Source: a virus
Lineage: Duplodnaviria > Heunggongvirae > Uroviricota > Caudoviricetes
Direction: 5' to 3' (one strand)
Virus record (IMG/VR): IMGVR_UViG_2740892426_000004
Span: 1-40,253 of that record
Length of the DNA stretch: 40,253 nt
Shown: in pieces, positions 26,955-36,127 of the stretch
Numbering within the stretch: position 1 is the stretch's first letter
Layout of the letters: each line of letters starts with the position of its first letter
Translations under genes and position numbers: made by a program
The notes under the pieces: generated by a model
The model's input: the letters and a program-made list of their open reading frames with translations, nothing else
Told to the model about the DNA's origin: nothing
Databases searched by the model: none

Positions 26955-26978
26955 TGGGGCTTCGGCCCCATTTTTATT
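26955..26978 (+). terminator. rho-independent terminator after coat gene
   Basis: GGGGC-TTCG-GCCCC hairpin followed by ATTTTTATT. Confidence 0.75.
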
Positions 26979-26989
26979 GGGAGAAGACA

Positions 26990-27178
26990 ATGGCACGAAC
27001 AATGCTCTATAAGCCTGGCAACATGATCACCTGTGGTCAGTTTGCTGTCGATTACGTCATTGTTGATGACGAAGAAGTTAAATCTCACCTGAAAAAAGGC
27101 TGGGTAAAAACTCCTGAAGAAACCGCAACGAAGCAAAAAGTGGCTAAGGCGGAAGAAGATGGCGAAAACGAAGGGTGA
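26990..27178 (+). CDS. hypothetical small protein (62 aa)
   Basis: MARTMLYKPGNMITCGQFAVDYVIVDDEEVK... GGAG RBS 7 nt upstream; track ORF start lies inside the terminator hairpin. Confidence 0.5.
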   Translation: MARTMLYKPGNMITCGQFAVDYVIVDDEEVKSHLKKGWVKTPEETATKQKVAKAEEDGENEG

Positions 27179-27620
27179 TCTCGTTCTTAAGGCTTTACGA
27201 AAAGCCGGGCTGTATTCCAATGCCACGTTGACAGATGCTGACCCTCAGGCAATTGAAGATGCCATTAATGACCTCGAAGACATGATGGCAGCATGGCAGG
27301 CGAAAGGTATCGAGCTTGGGTATCAGTTTGCTGATACAGAAAACGGCATCATGCCGTTACCTGACGATGATTCGGGTATCCCTGCATGGGCAAATGATGG
27401 CGTCGCTTTGAAACTCGCTGTGCAAGTGTGCATGGATAACGTCATTCAGCCGTCAGACGCTCTCCTTACCGCTGCTGACAGTGCATATCAAACAATCTGT
27501 ATCGCTTTAACCAAAATACCACCACTTGAGCGGCGAAATGACATGCCTCGCGGTAGTGGTAACAAAAGCGCGTTTACGTGGAATCGGTTTTACATCGAGA
27601 AAGATGATCCGAGTACGTGA
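27159..27620 (+). CDS. head completion / tail accessory factor (P22 gp4-like)
   Basis: MAKTKGDLVLKALRKAGLYSNATLTDADPQAIEDAINDLEDMMAAW... recalled similarity to P22 gp4. Confidence 0.75.
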   Translation: MAKTKGDLVLKALRKAGLYSNATLTDADPQAIEDAINDLEDMMAAWQAKGIELGYQFADTENGIMPLPDDDSGIPAWANDGVALKLAVQVCMDNVIQPSDALLTAADSAYQTICIALTKIPPLERRNDMPRGSGNKSAFTWNRFYIEKDDPST

Positions 27621-27629
27621 GGTGAATAA

Positions 27630-29048
27630 ATGCCGATTCAGCAACTTCCGCTCATGAAAGGTGTCGGCAAAGACTTCCGAAATTCCGACTATATCGACTA
27701 TCTGCCAGTGAATATGTTGGCTACACCCAAAGAAATCCTGAACAGCAGCGGATATCTTCGCTCATTCCCGGGCATTGCCAAACGTTCTGATGTGAATGGT
27801 GTATCGCGCGGTGTCGAGTACAACATGGCGCAGAATGCTGTTTATCGCGTGTGTGGTGGCAAACTCTACAAAGGAGAAAGTGAAGTCGGTGATGTTTCCG
27901 GAAGTGGTCGTGTATCAATGGCGCATGGTCGGACATCACAGGCGGTAGGCGTTAACGGGAAACTGGTCGAGTATCGCTATGATGGCACGGTTAAAACCGT
28001 CTCAAACTGGCCTACTGATAGCGGATTCACTCAGTATGAGTTAGGTTCAGTTCGCGACATTACGCGCTTACGTGGGCGTTATGCGTGGTCAAAAGACGGT
28101 ACTGATTCATGGTTTATCACTGACCTTGAAGACGAATCGCATCCTGACCGCTACAGTGCACAATATCGTGCCGAGTCTCAGCCTGACGGCATCATCGGCA
28201 TAGGTACATGGCGAGACTTCATAGTCTGCTTTGGTTCGTCGACGATTGAATATTTCTCCCTGACAGGTGCAACCACCGTTGGTGCCGCTTTGTATGTCGC
28301 ACAGCCATCGCTGATGGTGCAGAAAGGTATTGCCGGGACTTACTGCAAAACGCCATTCGCTGATTCTTATGCGTTCATCAGCAATCCGGCAACAGGTGCG
28401 CCATCTGTATACATCATCGGTTCCGGGCAGGTATCACCAATCGCCAGCGCGAGCATTGAGAAAATCCTCCGCTCCTACACTGCTGATGAACTGGCTGATG
28501 GTGTGATGGAATCGCTGCGATTTGATGCTCATGAGTTGCTGATTATCCACCTTCCGCGCCATGTTCTCGTGTACGACGCATCTTCAAGCGCCAATGGTCC
28601 GCAATGGTGTGTGTTGAAAACTGGCTTGTATGACGATGTGTACCGCGCTATCGACTTCATTTACGAAGGCAATCAGATAACGTGCGGCGATAAGCTGGAA
28701 TCCGTGACCGGGAAATTGCAGTTCGATATCAGCAGCCAGTACGACAAGCAGCAGGAACACCTGCTGTTTACTCCGTTGTTCAAAGCGGATAACGCCAGAG
28801 TTTTCGACCTTGAAGTTGAATCGTCAACTGGAGTTGCGCAGTATGCTGACCGCCTTTTTCTCTCTGCAACCACTGACGGCATCAATTACGGGCGTGAGCA
28901 GATGATTGAGCAGAATGAACCGTTCGTTTACGACAAACGCGTTTTGTGGAAGCGAGTCGGGCGCATCAGGAAAAATGTCGGCTTCAAATTGCGCATTATC
29001 ACGAAGTCACCTGTCACTCTGTCTGGCGCTCAGATAAGGATTGAGTAA
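27630..29048 (+). CDS. tail hub protein (P22 gp10-like)
   Basis: 472-aa ORF, same length and position as P22 gp10. Confidence 0.75.
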   Translation: MPIQQLPLMKGVGKDFRNSDYIDYLPVNMLATPKEILNSSGYLRSFPGIAKRSDVNGVSRGVEYNMAQNAVYRVCGGKLYKGESEVGDVSGSGRVSMAHGRTSQAVGVNGKLVEYRYDGTVKTVSNWPTDSGFTQYELGSVRDITRLRGRYAWSKDGTDSWFITDLEDESHPDRYSAQYRAESQPDGIIGIGTWRDFIVCFGSSTIEYFSLTGATTVGAALYVAQPSLMVQKGIAGTYCKTPFADSYAFISNPATGAPSVYIIGSGQVSPIASASIEKILRSYTADELADGVMESLRFDAHELLIIHLPRHVLVYDASSSANGPQWCVLKTGLYDDVYRAIDFIYEGNQITCGDKLESVTGKLQFDISSQYDKQQEHLLFTPLFKADNARVFDLEVESSTGVAQYADRLFLSATTDGINYGREQMIEQNEPFVYDKRVLWKRVGRIRKNVGFKLRIITKSPVTLSGAQIRIE

Positions 29049-29749
29049 TGGCTGATTCGAATCTCAATGAGCCGGTAACAATTCAGGCTACACGACTCGA
29101 TACATCAATCCTTCCACGCAATATATTCAGCCAGTCTTACCTGCTGTATGTCATTAATCAGGGGGCTGATGTCGGCGCAATTGCCGGGAAGGCAAATCAG
29201 GCTGGTCAGGGCGCTTACGATGCTCAGGTGAAAAACGATGAACAGGACGTCGAACTGGCAGATCACGATTCAAGAATCACCGCAAACACAAAAGCGATAA
29301 ATCTCCTTGAGGTCAGGTTAACAACTGCCGAAGGGAAGATAGTCGTACTGCGTAGCGATGTTGATTACTTGCTGGATGAGGTTATCGATATTCAGGCGCA
29401 TCTGGTCACTGTTGACAAAAGACTGGATGGCGTAGAAAGCGATGTATCTGACATTAAGAGTAATTACGTATCGAAAACTGTAACCAAATCGCAGTCTCTT
29501 GCGTCACCGCTGGATGTAAAAACATCATATTCAGTTGATGGAATTCAGGTCGTTGGAGCAAGGCAGACCGGATGGACTGCAGCCACAGGTACGCCACTTC
29601 TTGGTTCATTCAACGCTAACCAGTCATACACGGTCGGCACTACGTACACACAATCCGAAGTCGCAGCTCTCGCTACAGGTTTGGAGCAGGCGCGGCAGCG
29701 TATTCTGGCGCTTGAAACGGCACTTAGATTACATGGGCTGATTGACTGA
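29048..29749 (+). CDS. tail needle protein (P22 gp26-like)
   Basis: 233-aa ORF with extended coiled-coil heptads, same length as P22 gp26. Confidence 0.75.
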   Translation: MADSNLNEPVTIQATRLDTSILPRNIFSQSYLLYVINQGADVGAIAGKANQAGQGAYDAQVKNDEQDVELADHDSRITANTKAINLLEVRLTTAEGKIVVLRSDVDYLLDEVIDIQAHLVTVDKRLDGVESDVSDIKSNYVSKTVTKSQSLASPLDVKTSYSVDGIQVVGARQTGWTAATGTPLLGSFNANQSYTVGTTYTQSEVAALATGLEQARQRILALETALRLHGLID

Positions 29750-30204
29750 TGATTACATTCAAACCAACGCGAAACATCGACCTGATAGAAGCAGTCGGAA
29801 ATCACCCTGACATTATTGCCGGGAGCAACAACGGTGATGGATACGACTACAAACCTGATTGCCGTTACTTTGAGGTGAACGTGCACGGGCAGTTCGGCGG
29901 CATTGTTTACTATCAGGAGATTCAGCCGCTGACATTCGATTGCCACGCCATGTACCTGCCAGAGATTCGCGGCTTCAGCAAGGAAATCGGGCTGGCGTTC
30001 TGGCGATACATTCTGACTAACACCACCGTTCAGTGCGTCACATCGTTCGCTGCACGCAAATTCCGACACGGGCAGATGTACTGCGCAATGATTGGCCTTA
30101 AGCGTGTAGGAACCATCAAGAAATACTTCAAAGGCGTGGATGACGTGACGTTTTACAGCGCTACACGCGAAGAACTAATCGACTTCCTGAATCACGGGAG
30201 ATAG
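29749..30204 (+). CDS. head/ejection-associated protein (P22 gp14-like position)
   Basis: 151-aa ORF translationally coupled (TGATG) to needle gene. Confidence 0.55.
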   Translation: MITFKPTRNIDLIEAVGNHPDIIAGSNNGDGYDYKPDCRYFEVNVHGQFGGIVYYQEIQPLTFDCHAMYLPEIRGFSKEIGLAFWRYILTNTTVQCVTSFAARKFRHGQMYCAMIGLKRVGTIKKYFKGVDDVTFYSATREELIDFLNHGR

Positions 30205-30206
30205 CC

Positions 30207-30899
30207 ATGTTATATGCATTTAAGCTGGGCAGAAAACTGCGCGGCGAGGAACCTTATTGCCCTGAAAAAGGCGGGAAAGGTGGAGCCGATAAAAGCGCAA
30301 AGTATGCAGCAGAAGCCCAGAAGTATTCCGCAGACCTGCAAAATCAGCAGTTCAACACCATCATGAACAACCTGAAACCGTTTACTCCTCTGGCTGAGAA
30401 GTATGTCGGCAGCCTCGAGAACTTATCGTCTCTGGAGGGGCAAGGTCAGGCGCTTAACCAGTATTACAACTCTCAGCAGTACAAAGACCTTGCTGGTCAG
30501 GCGCGCTATCAGAGTCTGGCGGCAGCGGAAGCAACAGGTGGATTAGGTTCCACCGCAACCAGTAATCAGTTAGCAACAATCGCACCAACGCTTGGTCAGC
30601 AGTGGCTGTCTGGCCAGATGAACAACTACCAGAATCTGGCAAATATTGGTCTTGGCGCTCTTCAGGGGCAGGCAAACGCCGGGCAAACATATGCCAACAA
30701 CATGAGCCAGATTTCACAGCAAAGCGCGGCACTGGCGGCGGCAAACGCTAATAGACCTTCCGGCCTTCAATCTGCAATAGGCGGGGCTGCCTCTGGAGCA
30801 ATTGCTGGAGCACAGCTTGGCAGCATTGTTCCCGGTATTGGTACTGGTATTGGTGCCGCTGTTGGCGGCGGTCTTGGTCTTCTTGGTTCACTGTTTTAA
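30207..30899 (+). CDS. ejection protein (P22 gp7-like)
   Basis: 230-aa ORF with Gln/Ala-rich middle and Gly-rich hydrophobic C-terminus. Confidence 0.7.
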   Translation: MLYAFKLGRKLRGEEPYCPEKGGKGGADKSAKYAAEAQKYSADLQNQQFNTIMNNLKPFTPLAEKYVGSLENLSSLEGQGQALNQYYNSQQYKDLAGQARYQSLAAAEATGGLGSTATSNQLATIAPTLGQQWLSGQMNNYQNLANIGLGALQGQANAGQTYANNMSQISQQSAALAAANANRPSGLQSAIGGAASGAIAGAQLGSIVPGIGTGIGAAVGGGLGLLGSLF

Positions 30900-30909
30900 G
30901 GGTTAATCA

Positions 30910-32259
30910 ATGGCTACGTGGCAACAGGGTATTAATTCTGGTGGTTTTCTGGCTGGCATTGGTGCGCAAAATGAGAATGCGCCAAAAGCAAGCGACATTA
31001 ACGCAACGCTTGGTCTGATCCGCGAAAACAATGAGTTGGCTCGCTCAGGTGCAAATAACGTTGGTCTGACCGCGTTACGTGGTCTGGCTGGAGTTGCTGA
31101 TATTTATAAGCAGGAACAGCAACAGAAAGCGATTAATGCGTTCAATAAGGTTCACGCTGATGCATGGGCTTCTGGTGATCCATCGGGACTATTTAAGTTT
31201 GCCCAGGAAAATCCAGCGTTTGTTGCACAGGCACAACAGGCATTTTCCGGTCTTAATGAGCAGCAACGCAACGATATGGGCGATTTAGCCATGAGGGCTA
31301 ACGTCGCTCTTTCTCAGGGGCCGGAAGCCTACAGTAAATTCATTACTGACAACAAGGATAGGTTAAATCGCGTTGGCGCGAATGCTGACTGGATGATTCA
31401 GACAGGTATTCAGAATCCAGAGCAGCTATCACACATGCTGACTACTATGTCTCTCGGTGCGCTTGGACCAGAAAAGGCGTTTGCTGTTCAGGATAAGATG
31501 GTTGGTCGCCAGCAGGAGCAGCAAAGAATTAACGAAACCATTCGCAATAATGACATGACGAATGCGAGGGCTATTAGGGGGCAGGATCTTTCCTATAAGG
31601 CTCAAATGGCAAGACTGAATCACGACAAGTATGTGTTTAAGCAGTCACAGGCGGCCCTTGAAAGAGCAGGACAACTTCAGGATATGGATGTTTTGTCTCT
31701 TAACTCACAGATAGCAGCGACGGGAATTGATCCGCTAACCGGTAAAGCTGCAACGTCAGCCAGAATGTCTCAGGCTAAGAGATGGCTTGATGGCAACAAT
31801 AATTACAACAATGCGTTGATTACTGGTGAGCGAGGGATAGAGAAAATTGATTCTTTGCTTGGTAAGAAGGAGCTTGAAGGTATCGGTCGCTTCGAAGGAA
31901 GAAATATAGATGGCTTCACAAGTGCTGAAGGGCTTGCAAACCGTAATGCGATAGAAGAATTAAAGTCGGGTGCGTTTGTCCAGAACGTGCAGACTATGCG
32001 AGGTATGGGTAGCCTCTCCAATGCTGAAGGCCAAAAACTGGAAAACCTGATCGCGAAACTCGATATAACACAGCCTGAAGAGGTCGTCAGAAAACAGTTA
32101 TCTGAAATCCGATCGCAATATTCTGTATTTCAAAAGGTTGCAGCAAGGGAGGCTGAATCAATGGGATATAGTTCATCAGGTTATGACACATATGTTAGTG
32201 AGCGAAAATCAGGAAGCGACAGCAATAAGTCCGGTTTCTCGTATATATGGGGTGATTAA
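30910..32259 (+). CDS. ejection protein (P22 gp20-like)
   Basis: 449-aa ORF in conserved gene order. Confidence 0.7.
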   Translation: MATWQQGINSGGFLAGIGAQNENAPKASDINATLGLIRENNELARSGANNVGLTALRGLAGVADIYKQEQQQKAINAFNKVHADAWASGDPSGLFKFAQENPAFVAQAQQAFSGLNEQQRNDMGDLAMRANVALSQGPEAYSKFITDNKDRLNRVGANADWMIQTGIQNPEQLSHMLTTMSLGALGPEKAFAVQDKMVGRQQEQQRINETIRNNDMTNARAIRGQDLSYKAQMARLNHDKYVFKQSQAALERAGQLQDMDVLSLNSQIAATGIDPLTGKAATSARMSQAKRWLDGNNNYNNALITGERGIEKIDSLLGKKELEGIGRFEGRNIDGFTSAEGLANRNAIEELKSGAFVQNVQTMRGMGSLSNAEGQKLENLIAKLDITQPEEVVRKQLSEIRSQYSVFQKVAAREAESMGYSSSGYDTYVSERKSGSDSNKSGFSYIWGD

Positions 32260-34427
32260 TGGCTAAAGCATGGAAAGATGTTATCGCTTCTCCACAGTAT
32301 CAGGCGTTAACTGAAAAACAGAAAGCACAGGCTCAAGCGCAATATTTTGATGAGGTTGTTGCCCCTAAGGCTGGTGACAAATGGGCTGAAGCAAGAGATC
32401 AGTTTTATGCAGCATACCCTCCGCCTCAGCAGCAGAAAAAAGAACCATCATTGATGCAACAAGCTGGTGATTGGCTCACAGGTGGTCAAAGTGCAGGGCA
32501 AATTGCTGAACAGGCTGGTCGTGGTCTGGTAAACATACCATTTGACGTATTGCAGGGTGGCGCAAGTCTGATTAATGCAATCAGCCAGGGGCTTGGTGGC
32601 CCCAAGGTTTTGGATGATGTTTATCGCCCTGTCGATCGACCGACAGACCGTTGGGCGCAAGCCGGTGAAACATTTGGTGGGTATCTCCTGCCAATTGGCA
32701 CAGCGGCAAAAGCTGCTGGAGCGACAGCAAAGCTCGCAGGAGACATCGGTTCCGCAGGAAACATGATTGCAGGTTCTCTTGCTGATGCTGCAAATCAGGA
32801 GGGCGACTTTGCACAAAATGCTGCCATTAACGGTGGTATCAATATTGGTGCTCAGGGGATACTTTCTGGGGCTGGAAGGATCTTAACCTCTAAATCACCT
32901 CAAGTTCTTGGTGGCGGGGCAATAAATTCCGCTGCTGATGTTTCGAAAATGGCAAAGTCTGGTACAGGAAGAGAGATTATTGCCAGACAGTCAGCTAATG
33001 TGTCAGACGAAATAGCAAAAGCAGCAGATACTGCTGGAATAGATATCAACGCATTAACTCCTGGCATGAGATCAGGTAGTCGTGGTCTTGCTCAGGCGGA
33101 GGGGATTCTGGCGTCAAAGCCCGGAATTACACAGGATGCACACACCAAAGCATTCAGTGAAATAGAGTCGAAATTTAACTCAGCATTGGATGAGTTTGGG
33201 GCTGAAGCAGGAACTGCATCAGAAAAAAGTGCAGCCATAAAACAAAGGGTTTTGGCAAGTATTGATAAAATGAAAAATTCAGAAAAGGCCGCATGGGATA
33301 GCGTCCGCTCCACGATGCCTGACGCAAAGGCCAGAATGTCAAACCTGAACGCTACAATTCAGGGTGATATTTTGGCTGGCATGCCGCTAACTCCTGAGAT
33401 GAAACAATTCGCATCTGCTTATGCTAAAACTGGTAAAAAAGGAATCACGTTTGATGCCATGAAGGCATGGCGAAGTAAACTTGCTGACGCAGAGCAGAAG
33501 TATATAAGGTCTGGTGAGGCAAATACGGCAAGGCGCATGGCTGAGCTTCGTGATGCAGCAACGGAAGATATGCGCATAATGGCTCAAAATGGCGGTTTTC
33601 TTGATGACTGGCAAAAAGCTAATGATCTGTCAAAGGCAAGATTTACAGCACAAGAACAGGCTGAAGCAGCGTTTGGTAGAGACCTTGCAACTGATCAGTT
33701 GGTAACTGATGGATCTAAGGCGTTACAGGGTTCAGCAAAAAGTGGAACAGGTCAGTTCCATAAAATAATAAGCGCCCTACCTGAGTCGGAACGCGCGCCA
33801 GCAATTGCATCAATATTACAAGATGCAATGTCGCAAGGGGTACGCGGAGGTAAGTCTGAAGAGGCTGGAATTAAGCATATCGCGACTATTCTTACCCCAC
33901 AAAACGTGAAGGCAATTAGTCGATATTCTCCAGAACTTGGCAGGATTACAAGTTCATACGGAGAACTTGCACGAGCAGCAACAAAGCCACTTCGATATGT
34001 TGAACAGACAGGGCGATCTATGCCAGCCATTAGCACTCTTGAGAATGGCCTTCATCCAGTTTTAGAGAGCGCATTGTCTGGCGCTTTTAGAACTACTGGC
34101 ACTATCGCAGGGTTCTCTGGAGGAGGCGTTATTGGAGCAATAGCGGGTGGCGCTGCAGGTGGGGCAATTGATGCAATGGCAAAAGGAGCGATAGCGAAAT
34201 TATCCGCAACTAGAAGCGGTCGTTACGCTATTGAAAAGGCTGTTCAAGAGGCAACAAAGGCAGTTAAGGTTGGGGCAAGTGATGGTGCATTAGCGGCGGC
34301 GGAACGCAGATTTATGGCAAATAAGGCCGCCGTAAAAGCAATACGCGAGGCACTAGGAAACGAAGAGTTCCAGCGTTTAGCAAGAGCTGGAATTGTGGCA
34401 TCGCTAAGCGGAATGGCACAGGAGTAA
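32259..34427 (+). CDS. ejection protein (P22 gp16-like)
   Basis: 722-aa Ala/Gly-rich ORF, last gene of ejection cluster. Confidence 0.7.
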   Translation: MAKAWKDVIASPQYQALTEKQKAQAQAQYFDEVVAPKAGDKWAEARDQFYAAYPPPQQQKKEPSLMQQAGDWLTGGQSAGQIAEQAGRGLVNIPFDVLQGGASLINAISQGLGGPKVLDDVYRPVDRPTDRWAQAGETFGGYLLPIGTAAKAAGATAKLAGDIGSAGNMIAGSLADAANQEGDFAQNAAINGGINIGAQGILSGAGRILTSKSPQVLGGGAINSAADVSKMAKSGTGREIIARQSANVSDEIAKAADTAGIDINALTPGMRSGSRGLAQAEGILASKPGITQDAHTKAFSEIESKFNSALDEFGAEAGTASEKSAAIKQRVLASIDKMKNSEKAAWDSVRSTMPDAKARMSNLNATIQGDILAGMPLTPEMKQFASAYAKTGKKGITFDAMKAWRSKLADAEQKYIRSGEANTARRMAELRDAATEDMRIMAQNGGFLDDWQKANDLSKARFTAQEQAEAAFGRDLATDQLVTDGSKALQGSAKSGTGQFHKIISALPESERAPAIASILQDAMSQGVRGGKSEEAGIKHIATILTPQNVKAISRYSPELGRITSSYGELARAATKPLRYVEQTGRSMPAISTLENGLHPVLESALSGAFRTTGTIAGFSGGGVIGAIAGGAAGGAIDAMAKGAIAKLSATRSGRYAIEKAVQEATKAVKVGASDGALAAAERRFMANKAAVKAIREALGNEEFQRLARAGIVASLSGMAQE

Positions 34428-34757
34428 TTAGTCATCCATGGATGGATTGAGCTTATCTCGTGTTGATGTGGCAATTTTCCCAACATTTTTCAACCAAGAT
34501 TTTAAGAAGGATATGTCGTCCTTAATATCATGAATATCCTCATTCTTTATACGATCAACCTTATCCTCTAAGCTCTCTATAGAACGCTCAATGCTAGACA
34601 GAGAGATTTTTAAGTCCCCTTGCTCACGTTCCAGTGAGGATTTGAGAGCACAATATTCGTTTTCTAGAATTCCTATTTTTTTTGATAGAGAGTGCATTCG
34701 ATACTCATACACCAAACCAGAAACGACTAATGCAGCCAACAGAAACCATTCAAGCAC
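34428..34757 (-). CDS. hypothetical membrane-anchored coiled-coil protein (110 aa, GTG start)
   Basis: AAGGAGG RBS 5 nt before GTG; N-terminal hydrophobic helix LEWFLLAALVVSGLVYEY then heptad-rich region; abuts gp16-like stop convergently. Confidence 0.5.
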   Translation of the reverse strand: MLEWFLLAALVVSGLVYEYRMHSLSKKIGILENEYCALKSSLEREQGDLKISLSSIERSIESLEDKVDRIKNEDIHDIKDDISFLKSWLKNVGKIATSTRDKLNPSMDD

Positions 34758-34787
34758 ACCAACCTCCTTAGTTTTGAGCAGGATACC

Positions 34788-35153
34788 ATGAAAAAAGTTA
34801 ACATTGGAAACGTACCAAAGATGCTCGTTCCGCTCTTTGAGAGCGGTACAATTGTGTTTTGTAGAGACTTTCCAGAATGGCAACGCCTGCATCAAAAACT
34901 TGGTGTGGACGTGCAGGACTCGGATGCCAACGGAGCGTCTCATACAATGAGCAGCGAGAATGGTGTTTTGCATGTGATAGGCGTGTTCAATGGCAAACTA
35001 TCTACTATTGCCCATGAGTGCGCTCACATGGCATTCGATATCTGCTCAAGGGTCGGTGTTGATGTTGAACCAGGAAGAGCCAACGAGACTTACTGCTACT
35101 TAATGAGCAGGCTTGTTGAGTTCTGCGAGCGACATATCAAAAAGCCGGAGTGA
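34788..35153 (+). CDS. hypothetical small protein with HExxH motif (121 aa), putative minimal zinc metallopeptidase-like
   Basis: Motif STIAHECAHMAFD; AGGA RBS; divergent from 34428-34757 with 30-bp spacer. Confidence 0.5.
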   Translation: MKKVNIGNVPKMLVPLFESGTIVFCRDFPEWQRLHQKLGVDVQDSDANGASHTMSSENGVLHVIGVFNGKLSTIAHECAHMAFDICSRVGVDVEPGRANETYCYLMSRLVEFCERHIKKPE

Positions 35154-35166
35154 CCCGGCTTGATTA

Positions 35167-35346
35167 TTACTTTTTGCTGTCTGGAGTTCGCTTATCTAAT
35201 ACCCAGCCATGACCTGGCTTTGTTGTTGGTGGAAGCCTTTCGTTGTCCTTGACGGTGGCAAAATTGTCTTTCTTACCGCCGCGCGGGCCAACTTCTTGGT
35301 ATATTCCGCCGTTTTTTCCTGTGTTTTCACCTGGTTTTTTCGCCAT
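35167..35346 (-). CDS. YjzC-like small protein (59 aa)
   Basis: MAKKPGENTGKNGGIYQEVGPRGGKKDNFATVKDNERLPPTTKPGHGWVLDKRTPDSKK; GAGG RBS 7 nt upstream. Confidence 0.5.
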   Translation of the reverse strand: MAKKPGENTGKNGGIYQEVGPRGGKKDNFATVKDNERLPPTTKPGHGWVLDKRTPDSKK

Positions 35347-35445
35347 GATATACCTCAACATACACCCGTTATTGGGCGATTAAATATTGATCTCATTTTA
35401 TAAGTAGTCAATATGGCCCAGGTAAATGCAAAAATTAACCTACCG

Positions 35446-35697
35446 TCAGGTGGGTTTTTTGTACAAATCCTTCAGCGTATCAAACACCATCTTCTTAACA
35501 AGGTCGGACTGCTCATCAGCGATGCGTTCCGCATCGTCTCAATAGCCTGAAATTTTGGATGGCTTTGATACAGCATCAGTCACTATCTGAACTAATTCTG
35601 AATTAAGAGAGCGGCCATTGGATTTGGCTCGCTGTTTTAGTTTTTCCTTTAATTCGTAAGATAGCCGCAGATTAAATTGCGGGTCATCTCTTCCCAT
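35446..35697 (-). pseudogene. mnt: mnt (Mnt ribbon-helix-helix repressor) interrupted by in-frame TGA at codon 53
   Basis: MGRDDPQFNLRLSYELKEKLKQRAKSNGRSLNSELVQIVTDAVSKPSKISGY-stop(TGA 35539-35541)-DDAERIADEQSDLVKKMVFDTLKDLYKKPT; both halves match recalled P22 Mnt; uninterrupted part 35539-35697. Confidence 0.7.
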
Positions 35698-35760
35698 TCT
35701 TGATGCCTCGCTTTTGTGAGTGGATCGGCATCTTATTATCTGCTGGTTGCATCCTCAATA

Positions 35761-35775
35761 AGATCACGGTGGTCT
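35761..35775. promoter_or_regulatory. Mnt operator-like near-palindrome AGATCACGGTGGTCT
   Basis: Resembles recalled P22 Omnt core (AGGTCCACGGTGGACCT), located upstream of mnt. Confidence 0.45.
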
Positions 35776-35974
35776 TGTTGTATGATTGATAATGTTTCAC
35801 TGCAGCCACACTGCGGCGATTCCTTGTATTTGGAGCAAATTAAATGACAGATATTATAAATAGGAATTGTTATTTAATAATGTTTGAAAATAAAAATCAT
35901 GGACGATAGGAATAAAGGTAGTACTTGTTTTTATTTTTGTAAGTGACGCATTAAGCGCATAAATAATATGCCTG

Positions 35975-36003
35975 TTGATCAAGATTCTTGAGTATTGTAA
36001 AAT
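35975..36003 (+). promoter_or_regulatory. candidate sigma70 promoter upstream of tailspike
   Basis: -35 TTGATC, 17-nt spacer, -10 TAAAAT in AT-rich region. Confidence 0.35.
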
Positions 36004-36127
36004 AATCGTTTTGTTCATGTTGCATGGTTTTTAAATGAATAGAAGGTTATTTTTCAAAACAATTGCATCTTTGTCTGCAGTCATTCCGTTTTCTTCAATA
36101 TCTAAATCTTCAAACAGGATGACTAAT

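Noticed and set aside
26115-27002. 295-aa minus-strand ORF
   Set aside because: Lies entirely antisense within the coat gene; Arg/Cys-rich composition typical of antisense frames of a GC-balanced gene; no RBS.
29545-30069. 174-aa minus-strand ORF
   Set aside because: Antisense across the needle and gp14-like genes, which are in conserved order with translational coupling.
35414-35563. 49-aa plus-strand ORF
   Set aside because: Antisense to mnt; no RBS.
36035-36127. In-frame N-terminal extension of the tailspike ([21 protein letters not shown]..., signal-peptide-like)
   Set aside because: No RBS before ATG 36035, whereas ATG 36128 has AGGA at 9-nt spacing and begins the P22-type head-binding domain; a secreted tailspike is biologically implausible.
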